Positions 24,437-40,685 of a stretch of 64,000 bases of DNA are shown one piece after another. Within the stretch, counting starts at the first letter, position 1. The number at the start of each line of letters is the position of its first letter. This DNA is from the human T2T-CHM13v2.0 reference genome, Homo sapiens. The translations under genes were made by a program, and so were the position numbers. The DNA lies in NCBI RefSeq assembly GCF_009914755.1, contig NC_060926.1; one strand, written 5' to 3'. The notes beneath the pieces are model-generated. The model had not been told where the DNA came from. It saw only the letters and a program-made list of their open reading frames with translations, and made no database searches.

Positions 24437-25622
24437 GTGACCACGGACACGGGCAGACATTCCCGGGCACTTCTCGCAGTGGGTGCTTGATGACCACGGT
24501 GTGGCGGCCCCAGGGGGGGTTCCCTGAGACCTTGAGCATAAACCCAGGCATCCCCACCAAGGCTGCAGCCACCGTGGAAGAGCTTGCTGGGCTCACGTGG
24601 TTGATGAGAACGCAGAGAGAATCCCTGCCAGCACCACGCTCTGGGCTCAGAAAGTGCTGAGCGGTTCATGGCAGGCAGGGCCCTCCTCGCCGGGGACATC
24701 TTCAGCTCGATTCCTCTGGGCACTGCCGGGCTGGAGCAGTTTTTCCAGGCTGGTGTGTGACTGGCCTCAAAGGAAGAGTCACAAATAACCCCCAAAAGGG
24801 GTTCAGATCTCTACTTGAGACAGGAACGAGGAGCAAAGAACAGGGAGGACCTGAGGCTGCACTGCCAATGCAGACCTTCCACCACATCCACCCCGCACAT
24901 CCACCCCCCACGCTCTGCGGCTGGCCAAACCCTAAACCAAAGAAGGCGAGAGGACCAGGAGAAATGACAAAGGAAAGGGGCTCTCGGGAGGAAAGGCATT
25001 GTATGGAGAAGGTGCTGGAAGAATAGTGTGAAAACTGGAGAAGCTATCAAGAGGAGGAGCACAGGCAGGAGCCTGGGGCCAGGAGTCCCCCAGGCAGGGA
25101 GCTTTGAGACCAGAGCCTTGCATTGTCACCTCCTGGTCCACCCGGCAGGGCCTCTGAATCCTCTGAGAAGGGACTCAGAGAGTGAGTGAAGACACGATTG
25201 AAATGGGATTCCTAAAGAGCACTCTTGTAACGCTAGGGTCCACCCTGTGAGGTTCGCCTGGATCTGGGCTTCCCCACACCCTGTTTGAGTCTTTCAAACC
25301 ACAGGAAGATGAGGAATGGGACCCTGTTCCCCGAGCTCCCTGCAGGGCAGTGGCAGACTGTGTGCCCTGGACCACATATGCTGGAAACAGAAGGGGGCCC
25401 AGATAGTCCCGGGCTTGCTAGACACGGTAGCCTGGGTGGCTGTCACTGCTGGCCCAAGAAAGGCCACTGCCATAGGTGCTGCCAGGGCTCTTCCCAAAAC
25501 CTTTCAGTGGGAGGCAGGAGAGAGCCAGTGGATAATACCCTTACCCTTTGCCCTCTGTTGGGCCAAAATCCAAGGCATGGTTTCCCAATGGACCAGGGCA
25601 TTGGCGTTCACAAGCTGCATGA

Positions 25623-26067
<445 letters not shown>

Positions 26068-26251
26068 AAAGCTTTTGTTCTTAAGCCTGTTCCCTGGCTC
26101 TGTTTTCTAGGGAACCTAAACTAAGACACTGGATACTGAAAATGGTTTGACAAAGCCGACCCTCACTCAAGGCTTCACGTTGGAATCTATCTTCCCACCT
26201 GTTTCAGAGTCACAGGGTCTCCATACCTCTGGTAAGTGGGATTGTAATGAC

Positions 26252-26410
26252 CAGGGGTCAGCAAACTATGGCCTGTTCTTCCATGGTTTGTGGGCTAGAG
26301 GGAAAGGGAGGGGGAAAAGTCAGAGAATACGCTGCAGATATCACACGAGGCCCACAAAGCCTGAATTACTTACTATCTGTCCTTTTACAGAAAAAGTTTG
26401 CTGACCGCTG
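26252..26410 (+). mobile_element. MER58A (hAT-Charlie) non-autonomous DNA transposon
   Basis: Terminal inverted repeats caggggtcagcaaact / agtttgctgaccgctg; internal tttacagaaaaagtttg. Confidence 0.8.
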
Positions 26411-26658
26411 GTGACCGTTCATCACACAGTGGCGTTATGATTACTGGAGTTTTCACCTGTGGTCAGTTATGATGGGTGCAGCCAGAGAGCAAGGCATTGG
26501 GTGGTGCTTCCTGAGTGGGAGACAATGATAATGATCATGATTATGCAGAAGGGTGGTGCCTTCTTATGTTGGAGCTGAACACTCAGAAGAAAGGAAACGG
26601 TGGGCTTGGGAGAGTTCCTTGCCAACCTAAGACAAACTTTGAATGCCCAAGGGCCTCA

Positions 26659-27328
<670 letters not shown>

Positions 27329-27886
27329 CTACAAACGAGACTAAAGTCACAGCCTTGACAGGCCTGCTGCATCAGTCAGGAGCCAGATAGTGAATGGTCC
27401 TGAGACCATGGCTATGGACAATTGAGTAGATAAGCTGAGAATCTCAAACCCCCAAATTCTCAGAAGCCTCCAAGCCAACAGAAGCAAATACTTCCTCCTT
27501 GCCGGAGAACAGGTTGTTCTTACGGAATACCTTACCTGTGGTAGGTGTCCTGCAAGGTGTTTGTTCTCAAGACCTGCCCTCACCACTGCTCCTTGATGCC
27601 AACATCCAGGGGCAGGCTTCACCGTAGCTAGAGCAGAGAGGCATATGCTCAGCTCTGGTCAGAACTGTCCTGTTCTCCAAAGGAATTGCAAAGCTAATGT
27701 GTGCCAGCAGGAGCTGAAGGAACACAGGTGACGCTGGTTCTTCGCAGTGTGGTGGCGAAGGAGCATAACGCTAGATGGGTGGCTGGAGAAGAATTCGTTG
27801 GCACAGGGGCAGTCATCTGTGATTTAAAACTCGATGCTTTGGCAAGGACACCAGGAACTGATTCCAATCATTTGTTGGGCTGACTC

Positions 27887-28030
27887 CAGTGGTGTGCTAG
27901 TTAATGTGTAACAATTGGCTCTCTGGAAAAATAAAAAAAAAGAAAGAAAAAATATGTAGCATTTATCTATTTCTGTGACACAGATACGCCCACATGGCCA
28001 ATTTCAAGCTCCCACCATGACCCCCAGTGA
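27887..28030 (+). mobile_element. hAT-type MER DNA transposon fragment
   Basis: Starts cagtggtgtgct...aacaattggctctctgg; family not certain. Confidence 0.45.
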
Positions 28031-28830
28031 AAGTGGTGATGCATGTAGGGCCACATGCATGGAGGGAAGAAGCCTGCCCTGCTTGCCCTGGGTTCAGGCC
28101 AACGTGGCCAACCTAAGCGATTCCTTAGAAAATAGAGTTTTGATCTGCCCAGTTACAAGGAGAAATGGAGCTCCCAAAGTTCGACATCTAGAAGACTATT
28201 TTTCTAAACTCTTTGTTAGAGGATTTTAAAAGGGGCTGTTCTTACCAAATCTCAATAAAGTGTCCATTGTAAGATATTTCTCAAGGTTATTAAGGCTTCT
28301 TATAAACTCCTTTTGCTATAAGTCAGTTCATGTTGGAAGCCAGCCGCAAAAATGATAATTTTGGATTTGTAATCATTGCCATTGAGACATTGTTTGTGGT
28401 AGGGACTGGCCTTTCTGTGTTAAGCCACTCCTCCTCTTCGTGGCCTTAAAATCTACCATCAATACAAAGGAGGCTGTTGTCTGCTGAGTGAGGGCCTGGG
28501 TAGGGCAGCGTAGCTCTCCCACATATTGATGTAAATCATTAGGGTTCCAGTGGAAGATGCAGGTTCTGTCTGAGTGAGGAGAGCCAGAAGTCCGGGCTGA
28601 CCTCAGCATTTTAGTCCCCAACTTATTCCAACTCTTGAGGTCAAAGGCCAAGAGGAGGTCCCAGGAAATCTGGGAAGAGTTTGCAGTGTTCCCAATTGTT
28701 TCCTGGATGCAGGAAGGGTGAGCGTTGTCAGCCATGGACTTGGTGGGCATGAGACCCTGCTGATCTTTGTGCCTCATGTTGGCCTGAGAAACCAAGATTT
28801 GCAATTTGGTTTGAAAAATATGAACTTACC

Positions 28831-29123
<293 letters not shown>

Positions 29124-29949
29124 TGAACTTACCTTATAGAGGAGGTGTATGAATTAACAGATAGGTTTTTAGGGGTGTGCCTTCATGTCAGTGTATATCT
29201 GGAAGAAAAACCTGAAGGAATGCCCAAATTTTCATAGTGCTTTCCTCTGGGTGGTAGAATATGGGTGACATTAGTTTTCCTCTTTATATATTTCAGTATC
29301 CTTCATATTCTATAATAAGCATTTACAATAATTTACATAAATTATAAATTATATGTAATATACTTTATTATAAGCATTTGATAATTAGAAAGCATAAATA
29401 TAGTAATGCTATAGACTATTAAATATAAAATAAGAAACCTATTTTGAGCAGGATATTTGGCTTAAAATGGCTTGCTTTGTTAATAGAGATGGAGAACCTG
29501 CATAGTAAAAAGCAAAAGCATTAAATTTTTTGTATTGTGAAGTTATTTTTATTTGACTTCTATTCATTTCCAATCTTTGTCTTCAGTAATTAGATATGAG
29601 TTTCATGCTATTTTGAACAACTGTTGCTGGAGGTTTACCAAGCTTATGTTTATCATCCAAACCTCTGTAGAGATTATAAACAAATAAAGTAGTCTATAGA
29701 GCAAAATTCAGATGATGAAAACAAATAAACCACAGAAAGCAATTCAACAGATACAGACCAGGAATGACTGTGAGGGCAACAAATAGCTAACATAGGAGCT
29801 GTGAGCACTCAGATGGGATTGAAGATATTCAATATTTGAGGGCTTTTCAGTCAAATCGGCACAAAAATGCTACAGAAAAGTAAAACATAAAATAATGGGC
29901 ATGGGCATATCTGTGAAGCAAAAGAAGGCAGAGGTGGCAATGTTGCTAA

Positions 29950-30486
<537 letters not shown>

Positions 30487-30877
30487 ACAACAACTTTCTA
30501 GGAGTGTCTGCTTAAAGGCCATGTATCTCTGAGATGTGGCGGTGAGGGTCTTCCCAGAACCGTTGGGGCAGTGTGTGGAGGGGTGGAGGGGTCCCTGCTC
30601 CTGCTCAGGACTCTGGATGTCGCCCCCAGCCAGGTCACTGTGCCCTTTGGGGCAAGCACTTGTTCAGGTGGTTTGGGCCCTTCCTCCTCTGATGCCCAGA
30701 GGCGCCCAGGTTTGAATGTGGGGCTGCCCTACCAGAGCTCATGTTTTCCTATTGATGAAGATGAGGCTGGGCCCTGTGTGTCACCCGGTGCAGACACTGA
30801 GTCCTGCCACCAGGACGTCCATCTGTGCTGGACTCATTAGAGTCCTGGCCCTCATGGGATGAGAAACGACGTCCCCT

Positions 30878-30921
30878 GTCCCCAGCGTTCACTTCCTGCG
30901 TCCCCAGCATTCACTTCCTGC
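30878..30921. repeat. 2 x 22-bp duplication, each copy with an ETS motif CACTTCCTG
   Basis: gtccccagc(g/a)ttcacttcctgc occurs twice. Confidence 0.9.
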
Positions 30922-31562
30922 TAGCACCTGAGACCAGCGACTTGGGTCTCATGGTGCCTCCCACTCCGGTTTTCCAGCTCCCATTCTTCTTTGTCGTCTC
31001 CATGCGCCCGCTCAGGACTCCTGAGTTCTCGAAAACTCAAAACTCATCACACAACTGTCCCTCCCAGGCAACTTTTGATGGCATCCCATGACAGGGATAG
31101 TGGAGGCTTTTTTATTTCTAGGAATTAAGTTCTTGTCATCTTGGGCTACAGGTTTAGGGCTTCTCCCCAAGGCAGTTCGGAACTCACTCAAAGTAAGAAT
31201 CATTTCCCCCTTCTCCCAAGGATGCACTTCACCTGATCCTGTCCAAGGCTTCTCATGGTTGTTTTTACTCTTTTCTCCCCATTTCTCCTCCCTCTCCCCA
31301 ATATTCAGGACATAAAGGTTTCAGGCCATATTTATCTAACTCCAGAGATGACTTTCCTTTAGGACATCTTATGTCGGCCAACAGAGTGCAGTGGCGTTTG
31401 CTGCCTCATCTGAGGAGGGCTCCCTGCAGACCTGTGGGCGGAGCTTCTCCTACTGGGAATTGCCCCTCCAGGGCATTGGAGGGGAGGCCAAGGCCTATGA
31501 CACCCAGAAAAGCCGTTTCTAGCCCTGGCAGCTCTGTACCAACAGCTGCATGGCCCAGTGTG

Positions 31563-31564
<2 letters not shown>

Positions 31565-31606
<42 letters not shown>
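31565..31606. repeat. (GT)21 microsatellite
   Basis: Direct reading. Confidence 0.97.
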
Positions 31607-31609
<3 letters not shown>

Positions 31610-33369
31610 ATCAGCAGGGACCAGCGTCTTTCACTGGCATCAAAAGACTGACCCATTTTCAGCAACAATATTTTTGCAGCCGACGAAGCCTTTGTTAGGT
31701 TTGTATAGGCGACCAGTTGAGCCGGGTTTGTGTTTTAGAGAAGTGGTGAAGTCTTAGCAGGTGGGAAGGAAGCTCGGCCATGGCTCTCCAGTGAACTCCC
31801 CCGTCCTTTCTTCCTGGAAAATTTCCAGGACCCCATCTGAAGCGTCCCCTCCCAGGACTGACTCTGGTTTGTCTCTTTGCTGGGTTAGGTAGGAGGAAGG
31901 CTAGTGGGATGACCATAGCTGATTTTTGTCATCTACTGCTCAGTCTGGATTCCCCACTTCCTCTGCTAGCACCTCTGCTGCGCTTGGGCACCCACCTGGC
32001 AGGAGGACACAAACCCTCATCCCAGCCACTACACGCTCTTCAGGCTGCAACTGCTGTGCTTGTCCATTTCCCACCAAAACTGGGCAGGAGCGTGCCAAGT
32101 GATGCCCCAGAAGCCAGCTGTGTGCCAGGGTGATTCTCCTCCACCCCGGTTCCAGCAGCCCTTCCTGCTCTTGAGGATCAGAGCCAGTCACCCCTGCTGG
32201 GACACCGACTCCTTTCCTTGCTTGCTCGTCTTTTGGCACAGAGCCTGAGTGACCAGTGACAGCCATCGCTTATTGTCCACTGGATCCCCTGGTGGCAGTG
32301 TTCCCCCTCTAGAGAACAGGCCTCTAGACCTGCAAAGCACAACATGGAGGGGACGAGAAGTTCAAATTCACCAACTGGATCCCTGGAGGTCATGGTTGGG
32401 GGCTGTTCCTGCTTCTGCTCCTGGGTTCCCAGACCCATGCCTTTCATCAGCTGGAGACAGCAATTTATGATGGTCACTGATTTAGGGTATATTTTGTGTC
32501 TTAAAGGATGGAATCCCATCCTCAAAGGGTATTTTCTCCTCAGCAGAGCTAACAAGAGGACCACTCCATCACTCACCCAGATTGGCAGCATCTGAACGGC
32601 ATGGTAAGGAATGGGCCCAGTGGAGCCCACGGTCATGTACCCAACACCATAGATCCTTTGCTGTAAAGTGAGTCTTTTTGGTCCAAAGCAATGTTATGTG
32701 GTATTCTATATCCATCGATCAAACATTTTATAAACCTCCAGATAGTGTTCGTAAGGGCAGGAAAGACAAATCCACACTTGGGATATCCAAATCCACACTT
32801 TGGGTCAGTCAAAATGAATCACTGCCTCACCTTTAGGGCAATATAATTGAGTTTAAGTCCAATGTAATCAACCTTCCACCTAGTGGCCAGTTGAGTTCCT
32901 CCCGGTGGCACTCTGCTGGGAGCTCAGCTTTGGTGTCTTGCTGTTAAGCTGGATGTTTAGCAGTTGCTGGAACTAACTCAGCCTTGGCGAGTTGGAGGCC
33001 ATACTGTCAGGCCCACACCATCCTGCAACCCTGCCACCACTGCTACTCACTGAATGGCCTATGACAGAGGCAGGCTGACTCCGAACGGCCAAAGCATCTT
33101 CCTACATGGCTGCTGGGTGCCTTTTCCATGGTGGTGCTCTCTGGTGGCTGTTAGCAGGGATACAGAGACCTTCACATGCCTGTCCACTCCCATGGTCCTA
33201 GCTGCATGCATGACCCTTCCACTAAACTCCTGGTCCCCAACCTTTGAATTTTCCAGGCCCAGAGCAGCAACAGCCGTCTTTTGCCGCTGTCCATGGGTCT
33301 GAACATATTCTTATGCCAAGCCACTTCTCTTTCTACACAAAATGGAGAGCTACGTGTACTGCCTAAGCA

Positions 33370-34173
<804 letters not shown>

Positions 34174-35283
34174 CCAAGTTTCTGTCCATGGGGAGATTGG
34201 GAGAGGCAGTCTGTCAGCACTGCCTTTCAGGGAGGCCCCGGAGTGAGGCTGCAGTGCAGCAGCTATCTATTTTTAGGCATTTTTTGCATCCCACACTGAG
34301 CCAACCCATGCATGAACCAAGCTCGGCCTATTTCTTCCTCCACTAGGTGGTCATAAGTGACACCGCCACCCAACACAGCAGTGATGAAGGTGAGGGACCT
34401 CCAGTGGTGCAACAGAGGCAGATGATAGGAGGGTCTTGTGCAGTTTATCTGTGGCTCTGGCCCTGCATAAGCCCAGTGCTGGATGTGCCCTTTCATCTTA
34501 TCATAGATTTCTGTCGAGCATGCCTGACCTATGCCCTGGAGGCCCTGGCAGAGCCCGGCTCAAGGCAGGCAGCTCTAGTGGTGTGATCACCGCTTGGTGT
34601 CTTCCGCTCTGCTAGGGTGCAGAGGCATACCAGCATCTGTCTTCCTTTGCTGCAGATAGCGTGGCCTTACTCCAGAACCCCCAGGGTCCAGGTTGTGATT
34701 CTCCCACTGGGGCTTTGCCATGAAGTTATCACACACTCAGAGATTTAAAGCAACAAGGCATCTTTTCCACCATAGGTATCTCTAGAACCATAGAATCTTC
34801 CAGATCATTTGGCCTAATTTGCTGGATTGCTAGCACCATAGCCTGTGCCCACTGCAGCGTTCTTCCCCATGCTGGCAGCCTTTCACACCACCTGGTAAAT
34901 GTGACCACGCAGTATTCCCAAGTGTGGCACGTGCTGCCTCCAGAACCCACAGAGGCGACCAGTCCTCGTGGTCCTTCTTAGTGGTGGGAAGTACACAATG
35001 TAGTCCTTCCTTCACTGTGGAGATGCCTGTTAAGCTCCAACCACTGGGCCCCTAAAAATTTCACTGATGCAGCAGACGCCTGGAACTTCACAGGGTTTCT
35101 CTCCCACCCTCTGCAGCACACGCACCTTAATAAGGCCTCTGAGGTTTCTCCTCGTCAATCTGGTCATCCAGTTTAATTAATAGGATATCAGTATACTGAA
35201 CCAGTGCAGCATTGTGCAGAGTGTCTGGTCCATCCAGACTATATTAGGAAAGAGGGAAAAGAGTTAATATGGCCCTGGGGTGA

Positions 35284-35616
<333 letters not shown>

Positions 35617-37704
35617 AATGTGTACTCTTATCCATCCTAAATGAATGTAAGCGGCTTCTGGTTCTCCTCTTAAGTAGGGATGGAAATGAATGTATTGGCT
35701 TCCTACCATGGACTTGAGATTGTGTTGACCTGCTATAGCAAAGATACCACAATTGGGGCTCCTATTTGTTTGGGTTTGCAGTATTCCACTGTCAATCCCC
35801 AGGATCCATGTGGTTTTTGCAGGGGTTTGGCTAATTAAATGACTCTATAATGGGGAGAAAGTATACCTGCATCCTTCAGGTTTTAACAGTGGAATCTATT
35901 CGTCCCTTATAATTGCTGTAACTCTCTTCAGCATGCAATATTGGTTTTTATTTACTGTCTTGGCTGGGGGAGGGGCAGTGTCAGGGATTCCCACTCAGCT
36001 TCCCAGGTCTATAGCTCTTATTCCACAATCCCAAGTATCTGGCCAACATGGGGTTACCCCATATGCCAAGTGTGTCCACTTCAATCATTGCATTTGAGGG
36101 CTCGGGAAATGACCACCAGGTGGCTCCATGGACCCTGTGGACCTACCAAAATCCAAAGTGGGGCTAGGGCTCTATCACCTGACCCCGTATGCCCTCCCTT
36201 TAACAGGAGTCAAGATGATGCTCCATGTCCCCAGGATTCTGTGTGCAATAGTCCTTGAAATGGTTCTGTATTCCCCCTCCCTGTGTATAGTTACTTGAAT
36301 GAGTGGCCTTAGGTTTCTTTGGGGAAGGACTGTGGGGGAGATTTTGGCTCCCTGCACCGGCAGTGATGTTGGGAACCTGGCCTTTCAATGAGTTCTAGGT
36401 CCAAAACCAGGCAAGGGATTGTAGCGGGGGACTGGGGCAGCCACTCTCAGCCTCCTGCTCATCCATGTTTGATTTATTTTAGTTTCGAAAGCTCGGCCAC
36501 ACCCTTGCTGACTGCTCATTCCCCTGGTCCCTAGGAACATTTTGTTGTATTATCCGGCCGCATAGCTCTCTGCATGTCAGGTCTTCCTGGCTACCACTCT
36601 GACCTTGCCACTCTTGGCTATAAAAACCAATATTACATGCCAAATATTGTCACTTTGGTAAATGAAGTGACCTCCGAGCCCTCTCACAGGACACAGTGGG
36701 CTGGTAGGTTTGCTGGCCCAACATCACGTATGTGCTCTAGTAGGCTCATTTCCCTACCATCCTCCATGGTGGGGCTGGAAGTTTTCCTTCACTTAGTGAA
36801 GGCCATAGCTCTTTGCAGGTGTCCAAGAGCCATTCTAACAGCCCATTAGCACTGTCTCCCTGGGACCCAGCCAGGGTCACAAGCTTCTATCACGGAAAGT
36901 CCTCCCACATTCATCAACTCTTGTCTTATCCGTCTTTATATTCTGTCCCCTGCTGGGTCCAGCACTCTTGGGATGCAGTCCTGGATGTGCTCTCCTGGAT
37001 CTTGCTGGTCCATGCTAGGCAGATCCTGCAGTTCCTTCGGAATAGAGTCCCTCCCTCCCTTAGCAGGCCAGCATGTCCTAGCTAGGTTATGTTGTTGTTT
37101 GACCCTCATGATTGGTCTGGTGTCAGGAGGGGGATATTGGCATAGATCCTGAAAAACGCATGCATTGTCTTGCAAGGCAGACATCTCTCTCTCTCTCCCC
37201 CCCCGCCCCCCAACTATAACACACACATTCTCTCTATATAAAACACTTCAAGAAAGGGGGTGCTAGCCTTTAACAGGAGCAGTGGGCCTCCTCTGTAGGT
37301 CCAGATGATTCAGGAGAATCTGGGGATTCTAGTTTGTTTGTTTGTTTGTTTGTTTGTTTTTGAGACAGTGGTCTCTCACGCCCACCCTGGGGGCTTCAGT
37401 TGAGCCGGTCAGTGGTGATTCAGCTCCGAAATCTCAATTTAGGGTCCATTTCCTCTGACCACTTCTGAGAGCAACTCTCTTGGGTAGAGATCTCTGGGAA
37501 ACTGGGTTTGCACCCCCAACTCCATCAGCCCTTGAATGCGGGTGCCCATAGGGAGCAGGAGGCACAGTAGGCCCCTTTGGCTAAGTCTCCCCAGAAGGGA
37601 ACCTGGCTGTGAGCCCACAGGGATCACTGCTTCTGGCAGCTGGGGCAGTGTGGGCCTCAGCCCTGAGTGGCACAGCACCCACCACAGGGCCAAGGCAGCC
37701 ATAG

Positions 37705-38012
<308 letters not shown>

Positions 38013-38343
38013 AGGTTTTGTTTCTGGCGCCCGGCTGCGCCACTCCTTTTTAAAGACTTCCTCCTTCCTCCTTCAGGCACCCACACGTTCATGCAGCCAG
38101 TATTCATGGGGTGCCCTGAGGAGACATATGGACCCTGTCCCAGCCTTCCTGGACCTTGTGCACTAGCTGGGGAAAGTCATGCCCTTGTTTAAGCATGGGC
38201 CAGGGGGAGCTGGACAGCACCGCCGGAGCTTGGAGGAGGACTCCTGGGGTCAGTGGTAGTCAACTGCAGGCTTTCAGGGAGTGGCAGGTGGGATATTTCA
38301 GGTTGGAGGGCTCAGTCAATTTACCTTCAACAAAAGTGCCAAG

Positions 38344-38956
<613 letters not shown>

Positions 38957-39593
38957 TGCCAAGAACACACATTGGGGAAATGATGATTTCTTCAATAAAC
39001 GGTGTTGGGAGAACTAGATCCATATGCAAAAGAATGAAACCAGACCCTCATCTTGCACCATATACAAAAATCAGCTCAAAATGGATTAAAGACTTAAATT
39101 TCAGACCCCAAACTATAAAACCATAGAAGAAAACATTGGGAAAAACCTTCTTGACAGTGGTCTGGGCAATGACTCTTTGAATAGGACCCCAAAAGTACAG
39201 GCTGTGGAAGCAGAAATAGGCAAATGGGATAATATCAAACTAAAACGCTTCTGTACAGCAAAGGATACAATCAGCAGAGTGAAGAGACAATGAGCAGAAT
39301 GGGAGAAAATATTTGCAAATTATACATCTGATAAAGGGTTAATATCCAAAATATATAAAGAACTCAAACAAGTCCATGGCGAGGAGAACAAATAACCCAA
39401 TTCAAAAATGGGTGAAGGACTCAAATAGGCATTTCTCAAAAGAAGGCACACAGATAAATGGCCAACAGGCATATGAAAAAATGCTCAATATTACCAATCA
39501 TCAGGAAAAGGCAAATTAAAACCACAAGTCATTATCATCTCACATGTGGGAGAAAGTTATGATCAAAGAGACAAAGGATAACAATGTCAGTGA

Positions 39594-40031
<438 letters not shown>

Positions 40032-40283
40032 TGATCCAGCAGTCCTACTTCTGGGTAGATGCCTGAAGGATATGAAATCAGTATGTCAAAGAGGTAATTG
40101 TACTCCCATGGTCATCCCAGCATTATACACAATGGCCAAGACATGGTATGAACCTAAGTGTCCATTAGCAAATAAATGGAATACAGAAAATGTGGGATTT
40201 ACACACCATGGAATACGAGTCAGCCTTAAAGAGGGAAATTCTGTCCTTTTCTTGGATGGATGAACATAGAGGACATTATGTTA

Positions 40284-40685
<402 letters not shown>

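Noticed and set aside
23274-24795. Long 247-440 aa ORFs as annotated protein genes
   Set aside because: Open only because the repeat unit is a multiple of 3; no domain similarity or splice context
28373-28804. 143-aa minus-strand ORF as a pseudogene
   Set aside because: No motif I recognise, non-ATG start, no poly(A)/TSD; a BLASTX search would settle it
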